DNA from: Octopus sinensis
Lineage: Eukaryota
DNA: 64,000 nucleotides
Assembly (NCBI RefSeq): GCF_006345805.1
Contig: NC_043000.1
Coordinates: 87,854,001-87,918,000, forward strand
Direction: 5' to 3'
Below are positions 48,660-61,587 of this stretch, piece after piece; the first letter of the stretch is position 1, and each line of letters begins with the position of its first letter. The notes beneath the pieces were generated by a model that worked only from the letters and a program-made list of their open reading frames with translations, had not been told where the DNA came from and did not search any database. Position numbers and translations under genes: made by a program.

Positions 48660-49470
48660 TCATCATCATCATCATCATCATTTAGCGTCCGTTTTCCATG
48701 CTAGCATGGGTTGGACGGTTCAACTGGGGTCTGGGGAGCCCGAAGGCTGCACCAGGCCAGTCAGATCTGGCAGTGTTTCTACAGCTGGATGCCCTTCCTA
48801 ACGCCAACCACTCCGAGAGTGTAGTGGGTGATTTTATGTGCCACCGACACAGGTGCCAGACGAGGCTGGCGAACGGCCACGCTCGGATGGTGTTTTTATG
48901 TGCCACCGACACAGGTGCCAGACGAGGCTGGCAGACGGCCACGCTCGGATGGTGTTTTTATGTGCCACCGACACAGTGCCAGATGAGGCTGGCAGGTGCC
49001 AGACGAGGCTGGCAGACGGCCACGCTCGGATGGTGTTTTTATGTGCCACCGACACAGGTGCAGATGAGGCTGGCGGACGGCCACGATCGGATGGTGTTTG
49101 TTACGTCCCCAAAGCACGGAGGCCATCTATGCGGTACTGGCTACGGCCACGTTCGGATGATTTTCTTGTGTGCCACCGGCACTGGTACCACAAAGATACA
49201 AATTCCATTTATGTTCATCTATTTTGATTTGTTTGATTTGATTTGATTTTCACTTGCCTCAACAGGTCTTCACAAGTGTCACTTGCCTCAACAGGTCTTC
49301 ACAAGTGTCACAAGAAGGAAGGTATGCACAGGTGGACTGTCTACGTCGCCGGGTCTTCGGATGGTGTCTTTATGTGCCACCGACACAGGTGCCAGATGTG
49401 GCTGGCGAACGGCCACGATCGGATGGTTTTCTTGTGTGCCACCGGTACTGGACCACAAAGATACAAATTC
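48660..49470 (-). mobile_element. RTE 3'-UTR fragment(s) with expanded ~60-bp internal repeats, a 29-bp direct duplication and a rearranged second piece
   Basis: Reverse complement of the RTE tail; cacttgcctcaacaggtcttcacaagtgt x2 at ~49251-49308. Confidence 0.8.
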
Positions 49471-49669
49471 CAAATATATGTATTCATTTATATATATAAT
49501 ATATATGTATTTATTTATATATATATATATAATATATATATATATAAATATATATATATATAATAAATATTTATATATATATATATATAAATAATATATA
49601 TATATATATATAAATAAATATATATATATATACATATATATATAAAATATATATATATAAATATATATG

Positions 49670-49855
49670 AAACACAAAGAGAAAACACAACAACACGAGG
49701 ACGTGGAACAAGTTTAGTGTTATTGGATACTCAGGAAAGAAGGAGGGTTTAACGTTTCGAGCGGAGCTCTTCGTCAGAAACATAGGAAAAGGAAAGATCT
49801 AAAGAAGGGAAGACGGAGGAAAAAAAATCGCCAACGGTACACACGCGGTCACATA
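49670..49855 (-). mobile_element. Solo PLE terminal fragment related to the Neptune end, with an intact-core hammerhead (49747-49781)
   Basis: Minus strand GTTT-CTGACGA-A-GAGC(TCC)GCTC-GAAAC-GT-T-AAAC; flanked by (TA)n. Confidence 0.75.
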
Positions 49856-50756
49856 TATATACATATATATATATCTATTAGGGTGGGGTTGAAATTATAT
49901 ATTTTGATTCCACATATTGTTTGGTGTGAGAAATAAATAAACAAATTTTAAAAAGTATGTGATCATCCCCTAACCTTCACACAGCCATACCCCTAATTCT
50001 ACATTTTGAAAATGTAAAGAACTGTAAACTTTTTAATGCTATTAACGTATTGGTTAAATATTGCTTATGACATTTTATAAATTATATGCAATCCCCACCT
50101 GAAAATAACAGTTATTGGAATCTTTATTTATTTATATAGTTTGTATTAAATTTTTTTAATAAAAAAAGCCTAAATTCAGAAATGCACCCATGACGTTAAA
50201 AAAATCTAAATTCTTCATGACTATTATTATATGCAATAAAAAGTAGCTTGTAGCTAAATTATTCCGTTTTCAAATTTTGGTACAAGGCCAGCGAGTTCAG
50301 GAGATGGGTCAGTCGATTTCATTGACCCCCATCTCCTACTCAGTACTAAACTGGTACTTATTTTATCAACCCCTGAAAGGATGAAATACATAGTCAAACT
50401 CAGTGGATTTTGAACTCAGAACATAAAGACAGGCAAAATGCTACTAAGTAATTTTCTCAGCATGCTAATGATTCTGCCGACTTGCCACCTTAACAATGAT
50501 GATATTAAAAATAATAGATATATACATATCAGCTATTGCTCAGCTTTAATATATTAGTAGAATCATGATCAGGTATGCAAGTGTTAATAGGAAATTAATT
50601 TAGGCTATTTCAAATGCCAACCTACACACAAGAAATACAATTACTTAGTTGTTGTTGTATGATTAGAATTTCTTCATAGGTGTATTTTTCACAAGATGCA
50701 AAACAAATTTGTTTTTCATTGGAGAGATATATTTTATCAAACTATCACCTGTATAT

Positions 50757-51060
50757 GAAGGCATGTGGTTTAGCAGTTAGGGTGTTTGGCTTACAATCAT
50801 AAGCTGGTGAGTTTGATCCCTGGTGATGTATTGTGTTCTTGAGCAAGATTTCACATTGCTCCAGTCCATTCAGCTGGCAAAAATGAGTAGTACCTGTGTT
50901 TGAAAAGGCCAGTCTTCTCACACATGTGTCACACTGAATCTCTCTCAGGACTACGTTAAGGGTACACATGTTTGTGGAGTGCTCAGCCACTTGCACGTTA
51001 ATTTCATGAGTACATTGATTGGATCAACTGGAACTCATGCCATCATAACCAACAGAGTGC
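50757..51060 (+). mobile_element. Diverged tRNA-derived SINE
   Basis: gaaggcatgtggtttagcagttagggtg head, cttgagcaag..cacattgctccagtcc body, tail ..gagtgctcagccacttgcacgttaatttc.. Confidence 0.65.
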
Positions 51061-51940
51061 CTATAATCACCTATATATAGCTGGTACTTATACTATAACC
51101 CTCTACCCAAAGTGGCAACAATGTCAAACACTGAAGAATTTTAAATGAAAACTGCAAAGTGTTAATAATCACATCTAATTTAAACACAAAGGTAGCAATC
51201 TTAATCTTTTAGCTTTCTGATTACTTTGTCAAATGAAATGCTTATTTACTCACATTGCATTAAATTAATCATGTATTATCTCATAGCTTTGAAATTTCAG
51301 TGATGTGATTGTTTAATTTGAGAATGATATATTGTAGAGTAGGTGTGAGAGGCTGGATCTGACTAGTTTGAACAAAAAGAATGTAGAATATTTTGGCTGG
51401 ATAATGTTGATTTAAATGCTAAAGAGTTATGGTTAGGAGCTAAGTTGATACTTTATTTTATCAACCCATTAAGGTTGAAAGGCAAAGTTGATCATAGCAA
51501 GATTCAACTACAGAACATAAAGAGTCAAAAGCAACACCTCTGTGCATTTATTTCTTATGTTCTAATGATTCTGTCATTTTGTTGCCAGTAATGTACATAC
51601 CCTAATGTATTTGCCTGGTATACTTTTGTTTTAAAAGTGGGCATGGCTGTGTGGTTAAGAAGGTTACCTTGTAACCATGTATATACATAATATATATAAT
51701 ATATATGAGAGGTAATGGTGTCAAGAAAGCCCAAAGGTGTCAGATAATGCTGAGTAAGCGCTATGGACAGACTATAGTTAAGCTCTAGGTTCAGTGATTA
51801 TGCGAATGAAGAGTCCAATGTTGAGGACTGATGAAAAATTTGGGACCTTCTGTGTCTGTCTCCTGTCAGGTTGTACACTCAGAATACATATAAGTTTTTT
51901 AGCTGTCATTTATTTACAATGCATTTTTCATTTATTATAT

Positions 51941-52340
51941 ACTAACATTATGATCCGGTGTTGCCAGGTCTAGTGAATAGTGCTTGTTGTTCGTTGCCGG
52001 GTCGCAGTAAAAATTTCTCACTAAATCAAGAGCTAAGTTTCTTATCACATTTCAACCCAGGCCAGTTTTGTTGTTTATGAGCTAGTTGGAGCTTTTTATG
52101 TGAGTAATTGATATTCATTGGATTTCGCCAATGTCCATATGCCAATAACTTATGGGCATAAGCGGTTAGTTTATCGATTTTTTTTAATGGCTTTCTGGGG
52201 TGAGTGGGGAAATGAAAAGATCTTCACAACCACCCTCAGACAGTTTTGAAAGCCCATAGAAAATGCGAGCCTTTTACGTGAAAAACTGTGGATTTATAAA
52301 GGACACACTGACACACAGATACACTGACATTTTGCCGTTT
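51941..52340 (+). mobile_element. Probable non-autonomous Helentron/HINE (DINE-1-like) element
   Basis: Starts atactaac..atccggtgttgccaggt, has a (gacacaca)-type microsatellite near the 3' end and ends ..gtttatagatatagag; this layout is typical of HINEs (recall). Confidence 0.5.
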
Positions 52341-54394
52341 ATAGATATAGAGATATATCTATATCTATATTACTCTCTCTTATATTCTTTTACTTGTTTC
52401 AGTCATTGGACTGCGGCCATGCTGGAGCACCGCCTTTAGTTGAGCAAATTGACCCCGAGGACTTATTCTATTGTTCTCTTTTGCTGAACCGCTAAATGAT
52501 GGGGACATAAACACACCAGCATCGGTTGTCAAGCAATGATAGGGGGCAAACATAGACACACAAACATACGCACACATATATATATACATATATACCACGG
52601 GCTTCTTTCAGTTTCCGTCTACCAAATCCACTCAGAAGCCTTTGGTTGGCCCGAGGCTATAGTAGAAGACACTTGCCCAAGATACCACGCAGTGGGACTG
52701 AGCCCAGAACCATGTGTTTGGTAAGGAAGCTGCTCACCACATAGTCACTCCTGCGCCTATATCTATATCTACCTATATGCGTGTGTGTGTGTGTATCAAG
52801 ATAAATACACAACCAAAAGAGCTACTATTAGTTTCATTCTATTATGACACTTGAAGAGGCATATTTATAAAATATACCATGTATTTTAAAAGACGCTTTC
52901 ATGCTCTTTTTATGCAGTATATATAATTTTCAAAACCAAAGTGTGTTCTACATGGTTAGAAATATAGAATAAAGAAGTTGAAAATGCACCAAGATTCATT
53001 TAAATAAAAACATTTAATAGGTAAATTTGATGCCTGCATGCATACACACAAACCATAACTATTCAACCACTGGACTACATGGAAACAATTCCTCTTCACT
53101 CTACTACTTGATAGATAAAATTTAGAGAACCTTATTTTGAGACTGTCACTCATCATCATCATCGTTTAATGTCTGTTTTTCCACAGCTGGATGCCCTTCC
53201 TAACGCCAACTACTCCGTGAGTGTAGTGGGTGCTTTTTACATGCCACCGGCACAGGGACCAGAGGAGGCTGGCAAACGGCCACAATAGGTTGGTGCTTTT
53301 TACCTACCTACAAAAATTTCTAAGATTACTAATGATCCCTAAATCTTCCTCTACTACATCTAAGATAAATTTGAGACAGCTCTGACTGCTAGGGATTGTC
53401 ACTAGACATGTTCACTCAACCGTGACAGTTTTAAGGAACAACACCAAACATACTGTCACATGGCATTAAAGAAAGGACATAGTGGATACCTTTCGAAAAT
53501 TTCTGAACCGGATCTCATGATCATCCTCGACCAATCAAAACGTATCTAAAATAGATATGTTTGATTGTTTATTGTATGACATTGTAGGGTAGGCATGAGA
53601 TGCTAGATTTGGTCAGTCTGAACATAAAACAGGTATAGTATTTGGGCCTGACATGGTTGGTTTGAATGTAAAAGGGTTGCTCATCTGTCACATTCTTTTC
53701 ACTCTAGCAAACTTATCTACCCACCCTTCTGTTCATCTATCCTACCCCACTCACTCTCGCTCATATTCCCCTTGTACTTTGACCTTACATTTTCTCTCTC
53801 TCTCCTTCTCTAGATGGGGAAGCCATGTTTCAACAGTTCAGTGAGAAATTTGTTCCTGTCACTACTCTATCATACTTTCATATCTCTCAATACAATGCCA
53901 CATTCAGTTGAGATGTCTTGTCTTGCAAGTGATCTCACCAACACTGATGCCAGAAAACACTCTGTGAAGAGGTTGGCATTAGGAAGTGTATTTAGCTGCA
54001 GAAACCATGCTGAAGCAGAAGCTGGAGTTTGGCATGGTCCTCTGATTCATCAGTTCATGCTGAACCATTCAACTCATGCTGTGGGAAAAGGATATTAAAT
54101 GATGAGGATAATATATACACATACACATATATGGGTCTGTGTAAGTATGTATGTATGTATATGCATGTGTGTATGAATATATATATACATATACACACAC
54201 ACACACACACGCACATACATACAGAACCACACACACCAATTTGTATGTATATGCATATATATGTATACACACAGATAAATGGGCATAAACATGTACATAT
54301 ACGCTCCCCCCATCACACAACTGATACCTTGTCCACTATGTGGTTGATTTCCTGTACACTACGCAGTTGATTTCCTGATGTCCATGCACTATTT

Positions 54395-54990
54395 TCCATC
54401 TAACTGCTGTTGCTGTTTCTCGACCATTGCAGGCTGATGTCCAGTAATAAACATTGACTCTCGGGCAGTATGACATGCTTGAGAAGGCCTGTTGAGTCAA
54501 GTAAAACCAATATCATAGGTGTCACCAGTGTCCCCTGGCTGGCTCCCATGCTGCTGACACATAAAAGCACCATCTGAACGTGGTCGATGCCAGGTCCACC
54601 TGACTGGCTCTTGTGCTGGTGGCACGTAAAAAGCACCAATCCAAACGTGGCTGATGCCAGTACCCCCTGACTAACTCCTGTGCTGGTTGCACATAAAAAG
54701 CACCACCTGAATGTGGCCGATGCCCATATCCACTGACTGGCCCTCATGCTGGTGGCACGTAAAAAGCACTATCTGAATGTGATAGATGCCAGGCCCACCT
54801 AACTGGCTCCTGTGTCGGTGACACGTAAAAAAGCATCCACCACACTCTCGGAGTGGTTGACATTAGGAAGTGCATCAAGCTGTAGAAACATTGCCAGATC
54901 AGATTGGAGCCTGGTGCAGCCACTGGCTCTCCAGACCTCAGTCAAGCCATCCAACCCATGCCAGATTGGAAAACAGACGTTAAACGATGA
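54395..54990 (+). mobile_element. RTE 3'-UTR fragment with ~5 tandem 66-bp units
   Basis: (ggtggcacgtaaaaagcacc..tgaacgtggccgatgccag..ctgactggctc..tgct)n at 54540-54830, then the standard tail ..gacgttaaacgatgatg. Confidence 0.85.
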
Positions 54991-55737
54991 TGTGTATATA
55001 TATTTATATATATATAAATGGAACAAAAATGCAATAGAGGGCATTAAAACGTTTGGACAGATAGACAGTACAAAGGCAGACAAGAAAAACAACAATTAGA
55101 AGGACAGGCAAAAAAGGTGGGTCTTTCTTGGCTTTCTTTCATCAGTCAAGTCCCAGAAGTCACAGCTATTTTGGGCAGTTACACTTGAGATGGTTTGATC
55201 TGGTCGCCCCCAAAAATGTCTAAGCTAAGAGCATTAGACCCCTTTGTAAGAAAGCTAGTGAATGTGTATGGCAACAAAGATAAAAAAACAAACAAACAAA
55301 CAAAATGGGGAACATGGTACATAATTATGAATACAAACAACAAGAATACAAACAACAAGGTGTCTTTCGACTGAGAATGAACCAAATTGAGCTGGTGTGT
55401 ATGGAGTGAAAACCTAAAGGCAGGAACATGGGAGTTGGACATGAGGTGTTGGCGGTCAGCGGTCAGCAGTCAGGCCAAGAAAGAAAGATCATGGCTGGCT
55501 GGACACCAGTCACCTGGAAGGAGGAAAGATGGGTAAAGATTGAAGGATTAGAAAAAAAATCAGAAACAAAGAGAAAAGTACAGGGGAGATAAACGAGTGG
55601 GAAATAGTGGGAGTTGTTAAAGAAAGAGAGGGCCAAGAAATGTGAGAGGGGGAGTGAGAATAAAAGATAGAGTAAGAGCCATACAAAATTTAGATGCACA
55701 ACAAATACAGATATATATGCATAAAACAAACACATTC

Positions 55738-55780
<43 letters not shown>

Positions 55781-56159
55781 CATGAAGAGTGAAAACACAG
55801 TTTTGTTTGTATTTTACTGAATTAAATTATTTCTAAGTGAATTATTAAAATCAAATTGTTTCAAAATAATGACTGGCTTTAAGCCTGAGTTAAGACAGAC
55901 AGATATACTACAGCACAATGACGGCGGGGTAGCAACATTATGAATACACTAAGATATCTACATTATTGATATCTCCGTTAGTGACCTAATTTTTTTATAA
56001 ATATACTAGACAACAAGAGAGGTCACGCTATGTACTTTAAATATTTAATGTGAAATGGAGCATATATTTTCCAAAAATGTTGATATTTGAATTAAATATA
56101 AGTGTCATAATTGATTATTGAATAAAATTTGGTTATATTTCTCAAAAAAAAAAGTAAGT

Positions 56160-56394
56160 GGAGGCGCAATGGCCTAGTGGTTAGGGCAGCGGACTTGCGG
56201 TCGGAGGATCGCGGTTTCGATTCCCAGACCGGGCGTTGTGTGTGTTTATTGAGCGAAAAAAACACCTAAAAGCTCCACGAGGCTCCGGCAGGAGGTGGTG
56301 ATCCCTGCTGTACTCTTTCACCACTCTAAAGGCGGTGCTCCAGCATGGCCGCAGTCAAAATGACTGAAACAAGTACAAAAAAAAAAAAAAAAAA
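56160..56394 (+). mobile_element. Chimeric SINE: tRNA-Arg-like head of one family joined to the 3' end of the composite SINE, poly(A) tail
   Basis: A box tggcctagtgg, B box gtttcgattcc; switch at ~56326 to aaaggcggtgctccagcatggccgcagtc; A-run ~56367-56394. Confidence 0.7.
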
Positions 56395-57029
56395 GTTCCT
56401 TTATATTTTTCTTGTTCTGTCATATTTACTGGACATTGGTAAATAGTTTAAAATTTGGCTGTAAATTCCCCACACACAAAGAACTCATAGGGGATTGGTC
56501 ACAATAGAAGTGGCTTAGAAGGTTTGGAAAGTGTGATGGCTGGTAGTAGAGAAGCATAAACAGGGTAAAAGTAAAGGAGATGCACAAGAGAGAAGGGATT
56601 ATAGAGACATGAGGATGTGTTACTGCAGTTTCTTATACATAGGTCTAACGAGAGAATGAGGGTGATGTGTGATTTGTGGAGGCTACTTTAACTTTTTGCA
56701 TATACGTACATATACATCTGATACTAAATGAGACAGAAACATGTGTCCATGACTGACTTATTATCACCAGATAATAAGACTGTTTCTTTCCTTAATGAAA
56801 ATCTTGAGATTTTCTGCCCTTCTCATATGGAGCTAGTCTTCGCTGTCATTTGGTACTTGTACCATATACACAAGAGACAGAGATAGCTTTAACAAATAAA
56901 AAATTTATGTTCTATGGTATCTAATATACCTGTCTTTGCCTATGTTGTTTATATACAAGCCACTGACCATGCTGGATTCTCTTAACTCATTTCTGCTTAA
57001 TTGATTAATGCATGCAAGCATACATACCT

Positions 57030-57300
57030 ACATAGCTACCTACCTACCTACCAAACAACCTACTTAATCTACCTACCTACCTACCTACCTACCTACCTAT
57101 CTACCTACCTACCAAACAACCTACTTAATCTACCTACCTACTTCCCTCCCTACCTACCTACTTACCTACTTCATCTACCTACCTAACAACCTACTTAATC
57201 TACCTCCCTCCCTCCCTACCTACCTACCTAACAACTTACTTAATCTACCTACCTACCTACCTACATACATACATACTTACTTACTTATTTACCTACATTC
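57030..57300. repeat. (CCTA)n / (CATA)n degenerate tetranucleotide array with a higher-order aacaacctacttaatct unit
   Basis: Read directly. Confidence 0.9.
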
Positions 57301-58255
57301 ATACATACATGATGATGGCTGTCCATTCATGACCAGGGAAAACCATTGCTGACCTCCAAGAACATTGTGCGCTCTAGGACTAACTTATACTAACTTATAT
57401 TTTGCATTTGCGTCTCCATTGGGGGCTAATGAGCCCTACTTTTGACAAGCATACACCACTGCAAAAATTGCAAACCAAGCCTTCCCCATTCACAACACCA
57501 GCAGTGCCCTCTTGAGCAGCACACTTAGGTTCTTCATGCAGAATACATGCTCTCTTAAAAGTGTCGACCCCGCCTCCATATATACATACATCATCATCAT
57601 CATCATTCTAATGCCCATTTTTCCATGCAAGGAAAGGTTGCCTAGAATTTGTTGAGCTAGATTTACTATAGCCAGAAACTTTTCCTGTCACCAACCCTCA
57701 CCTGTTTCCCAGACAAGCTTTCATAGAAGATTGGAAACAAAGGACAAGAATGTATGACAATAACAATCATTTACAGCTTTTAATGTTACTACAAGGAGAC
57801 AGTAACACACATGCATACACACACACACACACTGAAGGACAAGCTCAGGATACTGAACCTTACAGAGGAAACGACAAAGGACCAAAATATCTGGCACATT
57901 GCTGTACTCAAGAAGACCTGTCCTCCACACAAGAAGTGTTAAGGCTGCTCCCTTCTGATGAAGAGAATTGTCCTGAAAGAGCCCCATGTTGGTGTCAGGT
58001 AAAAGGCATTTGTGCTGGTGCCATGTGAAAAACAGTTGTGCCAGTGTCACATTAAAAAGCACCCAGCATAAAATGTAAAGCACGGTTGGTGTTAGGAAGG
58101 GCATCCAGCCACAGAAACCAAGCAAAACCAGACTGGAAACAGGTACAGCTCTGGCTTGCTAGCACTAATCAAACTGTCCAACCCATGCCAGTATGGCAAA
58201 CAGACATTAAATGATGATAATAATGTTAATGATGACGTGATATATATATATATAT

Positions 58256-59478
58256 ATAAGGTAAGTGTAAGCTATGGACACATAAGAGGTGCAGCAATGT
58301 CAAAGGAAGGCTAACTAGGAAAATAGTTTTTGTATGTGGCAGATGCTCTGGTGCAATAAACACTGAAAGTGCGCAGAGACCATCTTCCGTCACATTCCAG
58401 GGAGAAAAACTTGAAATAGTTGATAGTTTCCGTTACCTAGGTGACCAAGTCAGTAGCTGGGGTGGGTGTGCCGAAAGTGTAACTGCTAGAGTAAGAATAG
58501 CCTGGGCAAAGTTCAGAGAGCTCTTACCTCTGCTGGTGACAAAAGGCCTCTTGCTCAGAGTAAAAGGCAGACTGTATGACGCATGCGTGCGAACAGCCAT
58601 GCTACATGGCAGTGAAACTTGGGCCGTGACTGCTGAGAACATGCGTAAGCTTGCAAGAAATGAAGCCAGTATGCTCCGTTGGATGTGTAATGTCAGTGTT
58701 CATACCAGACAGAGTGTAAGTGCCTTGAGAGAAAAGTTGGACCTAAGAAGCATCAGATGTGATGTGCAAGAGAGGCGTCTACGCTGGTATGGACACGTCG
58801 TAAGAATGGATGAAGATAGTTGTGTGAAAAAGTGCCACACCCTGGCAGTTGAGGGAACCTGTGGAAGAGGCAGACCCAGGAAAACCTGGGACGAGGTGGT
58901 GAAGAACGACCTTCGCTCTTTAGGTCTCACCGAGGAAATGACCAGAGACTGAGACCTTTGGAAGTATACTGTGCGTGAGAAGACCTGGCTGGACAAGTGA
59001 GGCCATAACCCATGGCCCCTACCTGGAACGTAGTCAGTGCACCTATGCATACCTTCCTTCTTGGGACACATAACTCTACTTGTGAAGACCTGTTGAGGCA
59101 AGTGAAAATGGACAAAATCAAAAGCAAACTCGATGAACATTAATGGAATTTGTAGTTTTGTGGTACCAGTGCTGGTGGCACATACGAAAACCATCCGAAT
59201 GTGGCCGTAGCCAGTACCGCATTGACTGGCCACCGTGCCGGTGGCACGTAAAAGACACCATCCGAGCGTGGCCGTTCGCCAGCCTCGTCTGGCACCTGTG
59301 TCGGTGGCACATAAAATCACCCACTACACTCTCGGAGTGGTTGGCGTTAGGAAGGGCATCCAGCTGTAGAAACACTGCCAGATCTGACTGGCCTGGTGCA
59401 GCCTTCGGGCTTCCCAGACCCCAGTTGAACCGTCCAACCCAAGCTAGCATGGAAAGCGGACGTTAAACGATGATGATA
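58256..59478 (+). mobile_element. 5'-truncated RTE of a second subfamily (half PHD finger, RT C-terminus, 3' UTR)
   Basis: CKLWTHKRC..CGRC..GEKLEIVDSFRYLG..RWYGH..GRPRKTW; diverged from the 4.7-kb copy; (TA)n on the left, (GAT)n on the right. Confidence 0.9.
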
Positions 59479-59714
59479 TAAGGGTGGTGAGCTGGCTGAA
59501 TCATTAGCATGCCAGGCAAAATGCTTAGCAGTATTTCATCAGCTGTTACATTCTGAGTTCAAATTCCGCTGAGGTCGACTTTGCCTTTCATCCTTTCAGG
59601 GTTGATTAAATAAGTACCAGTTATGTACTGGAGTCAACGTAATAGACTTAATCTCTTTGCTTGGCTTTGTTTGTCCCCTCTATGTTCAGCCCCATATGGG
59701 CAAGAAAGAAATAT

Positions 59715-60035
59715 ATATATATAAATGAAAGACAGAAGATGGAATAACGGGAATTTATTATTAATCACAACAATTGTTTCAACACATCTAGCATCGATTC
59801 CTCTTGGGTGAGACACTCAACAACTGGTTCAAGAGCATTCGGTGGTGCAGATATATCTCATCGGGTGATAAATAAATACAACTCGTTAAAATGACTGTTC
59901 CGACATGTAACTTTCCATTTTGTAGAGAGAAAAACAGCCAGACAGTGGAAATATCTTCATTTATATAGAAGATCAATATACTCACAGATGACAAAAAGAG
60001 AAACGAACACGCAATCCAGCGAGAAAAGTATACAT
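59715..60035 (-). mobile_element. Probable PLE terminal fragment with a decayed hammerhead (59765-59811)
   Basis: Minus strand TCAC-(CCAAGA)..GAA-ACAATTGT-T-GTGA; flanked by TA tracts. Confidence 0.45.
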
Positions 60036-60535
60036 ATATATACACACACATGTGACAGGCTTCTTTCAGTTTCCTTTGTGTGAATTCACACATGAAGCCT
60101 CAGTCAAACAGGAGCTCTAGTAGAAGACAAACCAAAGAGCCATGCAATGGAACTGAAACTAAAACCAAGTGATTGAAAAGCGAATTTCTCATCTATATAT
60201 AACAAAACAGGAAACTGTTCATTTTTTGGCATTATTTCTTCACCATTACATGTGTTTCATTTGCTAACGGGAATTACAAGGAATTTGTGAGAAGAAATTC
60301 CTTACATGTCTATCTATCATGTAAAACATTTAGCAAATGAAATGTGTGTAATGGTGAGTAAATAGTACCAAACAATTTGCAATTTCCTGTTTGGTTATGT
60401 GATAACTCTGAAGATAATATTTCCAAATATTTCCATAATTCTCAATTGTAATATGTATTATTAATTAGACTGGAATAATAGAATAAGCAGATGTACTTCA
60501 AGAAGGAACAGCTGAGATTTACCCTAACTAAAACA

Positions 60536-60625
<90 letters not shown>

Positions 60626-60651
60626 ACACACACATACATACATACATACAG

Positions 60652-60719
<68 letters not shown>

Positions 60720-61264
60720 TATATATATATTAATATACATCATTCAACTACAGTAGTAGTTGAGTAATATTCTTAAGGCCACAATTTCCTCACATGCAGC
60801 ATCTTTCAGAGCATGTCACTAATTCAGTTCTTAACCAAATTAAGATTTCACCCAGTAGAAAAACGTTTACATCAAAATTTGTGGCAATGTTATAGGAGAG
60901 TAAGTAACGTCACCAATACAAGTTTAGATCTATATAACTTTTTTTTTTAAAAGCAAAATATATTTATCTTAGCTTCGATGATAGAAGAAAGCATGAAGAA
61001 TTTTATAGTTTTTATCCCAGGCAACAAAAATTTGTATGAAAGAACTTGTGAGGTAAAATATCACGAGAAAATATAAGCAAAGCAAAAAAGTATAATTAAC
61101 TTTCTTATTTTAAAAACAAACTATATTTTAATTAAGCTTAAATGATAGAGTTCAATTCAAGGAATTGTATTGTATCAATCTCATGCAAAGAAGTTCTAAA
61201 AGCAAAAAGTTATGAGTTTTTCTTTCTTTCTCAAATCTGAAGGGTGAGAGCAGCCAACTAGCTT

Positions 61265-61587
61265 CTGTGCCCGTGGCACGTAAAAGGGCACCATTCGAGC
61301 GTAATCGTTACCAACGTAGCTTCACTGGCACCTGTGCCGGTGGCACATGTAAAAAGATCGAGTGAGGTCGTTGCCAGTGCTGCCTGACAGGCCCCCGTGC
61401 TGGTGGCATGTAAAAAGCACCCACTACACTCTCAGAGTGGTTGGCATTAGGAAGGGCATCCAGCTGTAGAAACTCTGCCAGATCAAGATTGGAGCCTGGT
61501 GCAGCCATCTGGTTCGCCAGCCCTCAGTCAAAATTGTCCAACCCATGCTAGCATGGAAAGCGGATGTTAAACGATGATGATGATGAT
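61265..61587 (+). mobile_element. RTE 3'-UTR-only fragment
   Basis: ggtggcac..aaaaagcacccactacactctc..ttaggaagggcatccagctgtag..ttaaac(gat)n. Similar tails at ~29650-29860(-), 40245-40460(-), 53140-53300(-), 57960-58220(+). Confidence 0.8.

Noticed and set aside
54540-54830. Regularly spaced repeats resembling a CRISPR array (also 48835-49170)
   Set aside because: Whole units are tandemly repeated with no unique spacers, they belong to the RTE 3' UTR, and the DNA is eukaryotic with no cas genes.
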